Assembly: GCA_963733035.1 (NCBI GenBank)
Contig: CAVTBU010000005.1
Coordinates: 64,001 to 128,000, forward strand
DNA: 64,000 nt
Direction: 5' to 3'
DNA from: Pirellulales bacterium
GTDB taxonomy: Bacteria; Planctomycetota; Planctomycetia; Pirellulales; PALSA-1355
Below the pieces are notes generated by a model. That model searched no databases. It saw only the letters and a program-made list of their open reading frames with translations, and had not been told where the DNA came from. The translations under genes and the position numbers were made by a program. Positions 59,241 through 64,000 of this stretch are shown here, piece by piece; the stretch's first letter is position 1; every line of letters starts with the position of its first letter.

Positions 59241-61793
59241 CTACCGCCCGGGCGGCGGCGATTGCCCCAACACCTCGGCCGCTTCGCCGTACAGGCGGCG
59301 GATCTGCCGCAAATGACGCGGCGCTTGAGCCCATTGGCTGCCCCGTGAATACCAGTCGAGGGCCTCGTCGCGACTGCCCAGCTGCCAGAGCGACATTGCC
59401 AGGTAGAACCAGTCCCAAGCATCGCCACCTTCCCGCAAGTCGATGCTTTTCCGAATTGCATCGACGGCGTCTTGCCACTGCCCCGACCGGTAATACGCCA
59501 CAGCCAGTGTGTTCCACGCTTCGGCGTCCCTGGGAGCCAGCTCGGTGGCCTGCCGGGCGAGTCGGCGTGCATCGTCCAGCCGGCGGACTTCGGGGTCCGC
59601 ATAGTTTGCCCAAAACCTCGCCGCGCGGTTGCATAGCTCGACGCTTTCGGGATATTCGGCCAGCGCGGCCGCGTAGATCGCCGCGGCCTCCTGGGGCTTG
59701 CTCGACTCCTCGTACATCTCGCCAACCGTACCAACGGCGATGGCCCACTCGTCGCGGTAAGTGGACGAGTCCGGGTGCGCGTCCATCAGGTCGTGCAACA
59801 GTTTCTCCGACTCTCGAACCTTTTCGATCGCTCGTTGACGGTCGCGCATCACCCACGTCGCCATGCCGAGGTAGTAGTCGAAACCGGCGAGGTCCTGGCG
59901 GAGCCCAGGAACTTCCGGCGCCCTTGAAACGAGCTGTTCCCAGATTTCGGCACCCCTGCGAATCGCCCTGAAGGATGCCAACGGATTGGACGGTGGCGCG
60001 GCACTTCGGCGGTTATACCGCGGTCCTCGAAATACACCACCAACCCAACTCGAGATTTGAGCGGCATCCACGCCGGATTCAAGTGATTGTTCCACCAGGT
60101 CCAAGCCCTGATTCAGCGATGCCAAGGAATCATCGCTGCGACCCAGCGTCATTTGTACTTGCGACAGCCGCAAATAAGCCGAGGCCACCTCGGCCTTGAC
60201 CACCGGATCATCCCCCTGCGTTTCGAGGAATTCCCTGTAATACCGCAAGGCTTGTTCCAATAGTTCATTGCGCAGCGGTTGTAGTTCTGGTTCGCCGAGC
60301 AACCGACTCTCACTGACGGTCGTCATATAGTCGTCCACGGCTCGGCGTGCGCGTTCGAAGTGCGCCTTGGCCCGAGTTCGTTCCTGCGAGGCGACTTCTC
60401 GTTGGCGAGCCTCGCGCGACAAGGCAAGTTGAGCCTCATTGCGTCGCTCGTCCGCTTCCTTCCTCGCCGCCGTTTCACGAACCAAGGCGGCCTGTGCTCG
60501 TTGATAGGCCAGCGACGACACGATGGTGCCGGAAACGAGCGCGGTGACCGTCAAACCGATCAGCAAGGCGAGGACGGGGTTGCGCCGCACCCAGCGCCAT
60601 GCGCGGCCCACGGAACCGACGGGCCGAGCCGCGATGGCGCGTCCTGCGAGAAACCGGCGCAAATCATCAGCCAGCTCTTGCGCCGTCTGGTAGCGCCGTG
60701 CGGCGTCCTTCTCCAGGCACTTCAGCACAATCGTTTCCAGATCGCGGGGGATCGTTCGATTGATGTTGCGCGGCGACGGCGCCTCGTCGTGGATAATCTG
60801 GTAGCTAACCGTTGCGGCGTCGCCGTGGAAAGGGCACTCGCCGGTCAGCATCTCGTACAGCGTGACTCCCAACGAGTAAACATCGGTGCGTCGGTCGGCC
60901 GACGCCGCTTGCCCTTTTGCCTGTTCGGGAGACATGTAGGAGGGCGTCCCGAGCAGTTCGCCATCGAGGGTCATCGTGCGACTGTCGTCCGCCCATTTGG
61001 CCAAGCCAAAGTCGGTGATATGCGGTTGATTGGCTTCATCCATGATGATGTTGCGCGGCTTTAGGTCGCGATGGACGACCCCACGTTGGTGCGCATGATC
61101 GAGCGCAACGGCGAGCTGCCGGCAGAGTTCAGCCGCGTCGCGCGGAGTCAACGGCGTCTTTGCCAGCCAGTCGCGCAAATTCTCACCGGCGATGTAAGCA
61201 GAGACGATGTAGGCCATCGCCCCGTCTCGCCCCACCTCATAGACCGGTACGATTCTTGGATGAGAAAGTTGCGCCGCGGCTCGACCTTCGCGCAGGAAAC
61301 GGTTTAGCTCATCGTCAGACAGGTAATGGGCTCGGGGAATCTTGATTGCAACGGTCCGCTGCAGTCGAGGGTCATTAGCCCGCCACACTTCGCCCGCCGC
61401 GCCGGCCCCAAGCAGCTCGAGCAGCTCGAAATGAGCGACCCTACGACGAACCGCTGGCGGCTCGGCGGCATCCGTGTTTTGGGACTCTGAAGCTACGGCG
61501 CGCTGCATGAACCTGGCTTGTTCGAGCTGCTCGGCAAACTCCGGAAACCGCGTCGAGTAGGCTTGCCATGCCCCTTCGTTGGTGCCGTTTTCACGCAACT
61601 CCATGTCGACTAGGACCAGCTCGACAAATAGGCGGCGGCGGTCGCCAGGATCGGATGCCGCGAGATACGCCGCCAGATCTGGCGCATCACCGGCCCGAAT
61701 CTGCCGTTCAAATCGGTCGCATAGGAGGTCAATGCGATCGTCGACCGTCAGCACGGACTGTTGCTCATTTCGTATCGAGGTCTCGTTCTGCAC
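59241..61793 (-). CDS. Ser/Thr protein kinase with TM segment and TPR repeats
   Basis: GAGAAGEVW, HRDLKPRN, DFGLAK, GTPSYMSPE; planctomycete-type N-terminus (LCDRFE...PDLAAYL). Confidence 0.94.
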   Translation of the reverse strand: MQNETSIRNEQQSVLTVDDRIDLLCDRFERQIRAGDAPDLAAYLAASDPGDRRRLFVELVLVDMELRENGTNEGAWQAYSTRFPEFAEQLEQARFMQRAVASESQNTDAAEPPAVRRRVAHFELLELLGAGAAGEVWRANDPRLQRTVAIKIPRAHYLSDDELNRFLREGRAAAQLSHPRIVPVYEVGRDGAMAYIVSAYIAGENLRDWLAKTPLTPRDAAELCRQLAVALDHAHQRGVVHRDLKPRNIIMDEANQPHITDFGLAKWADDSRTMTLDGELLGTPSYMSPEQAKGQAASADRRTDVYSLGVTLYEMLTGECPFHGDAATVSYQIIHDEAPSPRNINRTIPRDLETIVLKCLEKDAARRYQTAQELADDLRRFLAGRAIAARPVGSVGRAWRWVRRNPVLALLIGLTVTALVSGTIVSSLAYQRAQAALVRETAARKEADERRNEAQLALSREARQREVASQERTRAKAHFERARRAVDDYMTTVSESRLLGEPELQPLRNELLEQALRYYREFLETQGDDPVVKAEVASAYLRLSQVQMTLGRSDDSLASLNQGLDLVEQSLESGVDAAQISSWVGGVFRGPRYNRRSAAPPSNPLASFRAIRRGAEIWEQLVSRAPEVPGLRQDLAGFDYYLGMATWVMRDRQRAIEKVRESEKLLHDLMDAHPDSSTYRDEWAIAVGTVGEMYEESSKPQEAAAIYAAALAEYPESVELCNRAARFWANYADPEVRRLDDARRLARQATELAPRDAEAWNTLAVAYYRSGQWQDAVDAIRKSIDLREGGDAWDWFYLAMSLWQLGSRDEALDWYSRGSQWAQAPRHLRQIRRLYGEAAEVLGQSPPPGR

Positions 61794-62399
61794 GGATAAG
61801 TTCCCTGGTCCATGCGTCGCGAATTAATTGCAACTTGCGCTGGATCGACCGTGTGCTCAGCGCCAAACCCGCGGCAATCTCAGACACGGTGTATCCCTCG
61901 ATCCGGGACACCGCGATTTTCCGCAATTCGTCGTCGCGTAGCAAACCCATCAGGCGGCGGCTCTCTTCCGCAAACGCAACCAAATACTCCGGTGTTAGAG
62001 AATCCCCAATTAGTTGATCGAGACGTTGGCCATTCCCCGTGTGACTACCATCGACGAGTGCGGACTCAGAATGCACTTTACCGCCGCCGCGTTTCTTCGC
62101 CTTCTCTCGCCGAATAAGGTCGATGCTCTTTTGCCGTGTCATCGCCAACATTAGCCACCACAATTCATCGCGGTTTCTCACATCCTCAAAGCGGCCTGCC
62201 GCGGCGCCGCGACAAAGGCTGAAAAAGACGTTTTGGGCCACGTCCTCCTCATCGGCGACACTTTTTCGCGCGCGAGCCAACTCCGACATTGCGCCTCGAT
62301 CAACGGTGCGCGATACCTATCCCAGATTTTCTGAACTGCGTCCAACTCGCCTGCTTTGAGCGAGGCGATCCATTGACTGACCGAGTGCTGCGTTGGCAT
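61765..62399 (-). pseudogene. ECF sigma factor (STK-associated); frameshift near 62290
   Basis: MPTQHSVSQWIASLKAGELDAVQKIWDRY in one frame; DEEDVAQNVFFSL...GYTVSEIAAGLALSTRSIQRKL in another. Confidence 0.85.
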
Positions 62400-62619
62400 C
62401 GATAACCGAATTGTACCGGGGGTTGGAACTTGGTGCTGGAAACGCGATCGCACCTAGTTTATAGAGCCGAACAACAATCGTCCAATTTCGGCCGAAACGT
62501 GGCGTCGGGCGTCTTTTCGAACACAATCATGCGAACGCTCCGGGGGCCGTTTTCAGGACCGGATCGCCTCCACCGGTCATCTTCTTGCCATTCACAGTTG
62601 TTGGAGAAAGCTCCCCCCG

Positions 62620-62925
62620 CTAAGGCTTCCCTCCCACGGACTGGACCGAGGCGAGCGAAAAACGCAATAGGACGACGCGAATGATAAAGAAACCCACAAG
62701 AGACGCGGCCAACGACAGCCAATCGAAGAAGAGATGCACCAGATAGAAGCCAAGTAACACGATCAACGCTCGAAGTACCATGCTACCGGTATAAATGGCG
62801 ATCGGATGGCTTGCCTGGGATATTCGACGCACGGTCCACCAAAGGCCGCCGAAGAATAATCCCCCCAAGAACAGCCCAAAGAGCAGACCCACGCCCAGCC
62901 TTATCGCTCCGACCGCGTCAAGCAT
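62620..62925 (-). CDS. atpR: N-ATPase-associated subunit AtpR-like protein
   Basis: GLFLGGLFFGGLWWTVRR...SMVLR...LVGFFIIR; three TM segments. Confidence 0.7.
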   Translation of the reverse strand: MLDAVGAIRLGVGLLFGLFLGGLFFGGLWWTVRRISQASHPIAIYTGSMVLRALIVLLGFYLVHLFFDWLSLAASLVGFFIIRVVLLRFSLASVQSVGGKP

Positions 62926-63097
62926 GAAAACTCTTCTCAATTAGCGGATAAATTCTCATCATGCTCCTGGGTCTCGCGCTGTACTCACCACCGGGCGTTC
63001 AAGCCGCGAGCTCGGCGTCCGGGCCGCGCGTCGAACCTAGGGCAATGCAACGAACCGCCTGAGGGCCCGATCGAGCAGGCAACATCGACAACAAGTG

Positions 63098-63664
63098 TCA
63101 CTTCGGCCAGTTGGCCAGGGGATCAAAATTAATCGTTGGCTCTGCGGGACGGTTGGGCACTTGCGGCCGTAGAAACGGCTTGTCGGCCGCCTTGTGGCAA
63201 GCATAACACGTTTCGATCGAGAACTTGTAGGCCGCGACGAATTCGTCGTGGTTCTGGCGGGTAATGGAATCGTGCAGTTGCTTGAAAGGCGTGCTCTCCA
63301 TCGCGTCAAGAATCTCCACGAGCTTGATTTCGCGGCCAGCATCATCTTTGCGTATCGGAATGATCCGAACCGCCCACCGGAGGTGCGATCGTGTTTCGTT
63401 CCAGTAGAACTGCGCCAACGACCAATTCCTTGCCTCGGCGGCAAACCACATGTTATTGAAGTGATAGGCGACGCTGACCATGGCGTGCGCCTGGTCGGCC
63501 GCCTTGTCATTCAGCCGCTGCACGTCCGCGTGGCTTGGCGGTGCCTCGTCCACCAGTTGATCCGCACGAGTCGATCGTATTGGATCACTTCTCACACCCC
63601 ACAGAGTCGCAATCACCGCGGCGATCGTAAACGCTAATGCCAAGGCTCTCGACCGGTTCATCAT
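63098..63664 (-). CDS. Membrane-anchored/secreted monoheme cytochrome c-like protein
   Basis: N-terminal hydrophobic segment; C-terminal CYACH; GGAGG SD. Confidence 0.75.
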   Translation of the reverse strand: MMNRSRALALAFTIAAVIATLWGVRSDPIRSTRADQLVDEAPPSHADVQRLNDKAADQAHAMVSVAYHFNNMWFAAEARNWSLAQFYWNETRSHLRWAVRIIPIRKDDAGREIKLVEILDAMESTPFKQLHDSITRQNHDEFVAAYKFSIETCYACHKAADKPFLRPQVPNRPAEPTINFDPLANWPK

Positions 63665-63937
63665 CTGTGCCTCCGTTTTGGGGTACCACAATTCTCTGGT
63701 CACTGCTGCAAACCGCGCAGCCTGGACGTCTGCAAGCTACTGCAACGCTGCAACACCGTGGTCGACCAATGCTGGGCCGTACGACCGCCGGCTGCTTTGT
63801 GGTCGCACCCGGATGACAACACTTCGCGATGACGACGCCGACAAACGGCTTGTCCACTTCGTTTGTGCTGTAGGGGGGACACGAAGGCCACGACGTCGTA
63901 ATTGCGGGGGACTTCACCAAGTCTCGAACCGAGGTGA

Positions 63938-64000
63938 CTATTCGCCCTCCGTCGCGACGCAGAACAGCTTGTCACGAGTTCGAATGAATAGGGCACCGTC
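63938..64000 (-). CDS. C-terminal end of a PQQ-like beta-propeller protein (partial, enters from the window end)
   Basis: Own translation DGALFIRTRDKLFCVATEGE*. Confidence 0.5.
   Translation of the reverse strand, partial: DGALFIRTRDKLFCVATEGE

Noticed and set aside
2997..63664. Monoheme CxxCH proteins near both ends as possible island-flanking duplicates
   Set aside because: No visible sequence similarity beyond the heme motif

Overview
A mosaic accessory region (genomic island) from a bacterium that is very probably a planctomycete: it has ECF-sigma/Ser-Thr-kinase pairs, DUF1080 and FHA domains, and a PEP-CTERM protein. The left part has an RmuC-like fragment, two WYL regulators, an IS3 element that truncates a gene, two orphan PD-(D/E)XK-type nucleases, a RuvB-like ATPase and a truncated tyrosine integrase. 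The middle has two paralogous large serine recombinases enclosing ECF/STK/FHA signalling cassettes, a phage-like Dam operon and an FG-GAP PEP-CTERM protein. The right part has an AddB/AddA-like pair, a replicon-like module (HTH protein with four iteron-like repeats, two more methyltransferases, DUF3102) and a compact three-gene candidate RiPP cluster (56.4-59.2 kb). That cluster encodes a 96-aa putative precursor ending RKAGYWKLCEG, a radical SAM/SPASM maturase and an LpxL-family acyltransferase, and is the best candidate for an undescribed system (possibly a cross-linked, lipidated peptide). Several non-coding elements recur: a duplicated promoter plus covarying structured leader RNA (14.1 and 38.7 kb), a palindromic AT-rich box, an ECF-type promoter motif TGAGGGA-N13-TCTCGCAT, and a ~57 bp repeat upstream of ECF cassettes. 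About ten frame breaks (mostly single-base) may be assembly errors. No rRNA, tRNA or CRISPR array was seen. All family calls come from motif recognition by eye, not database searches.
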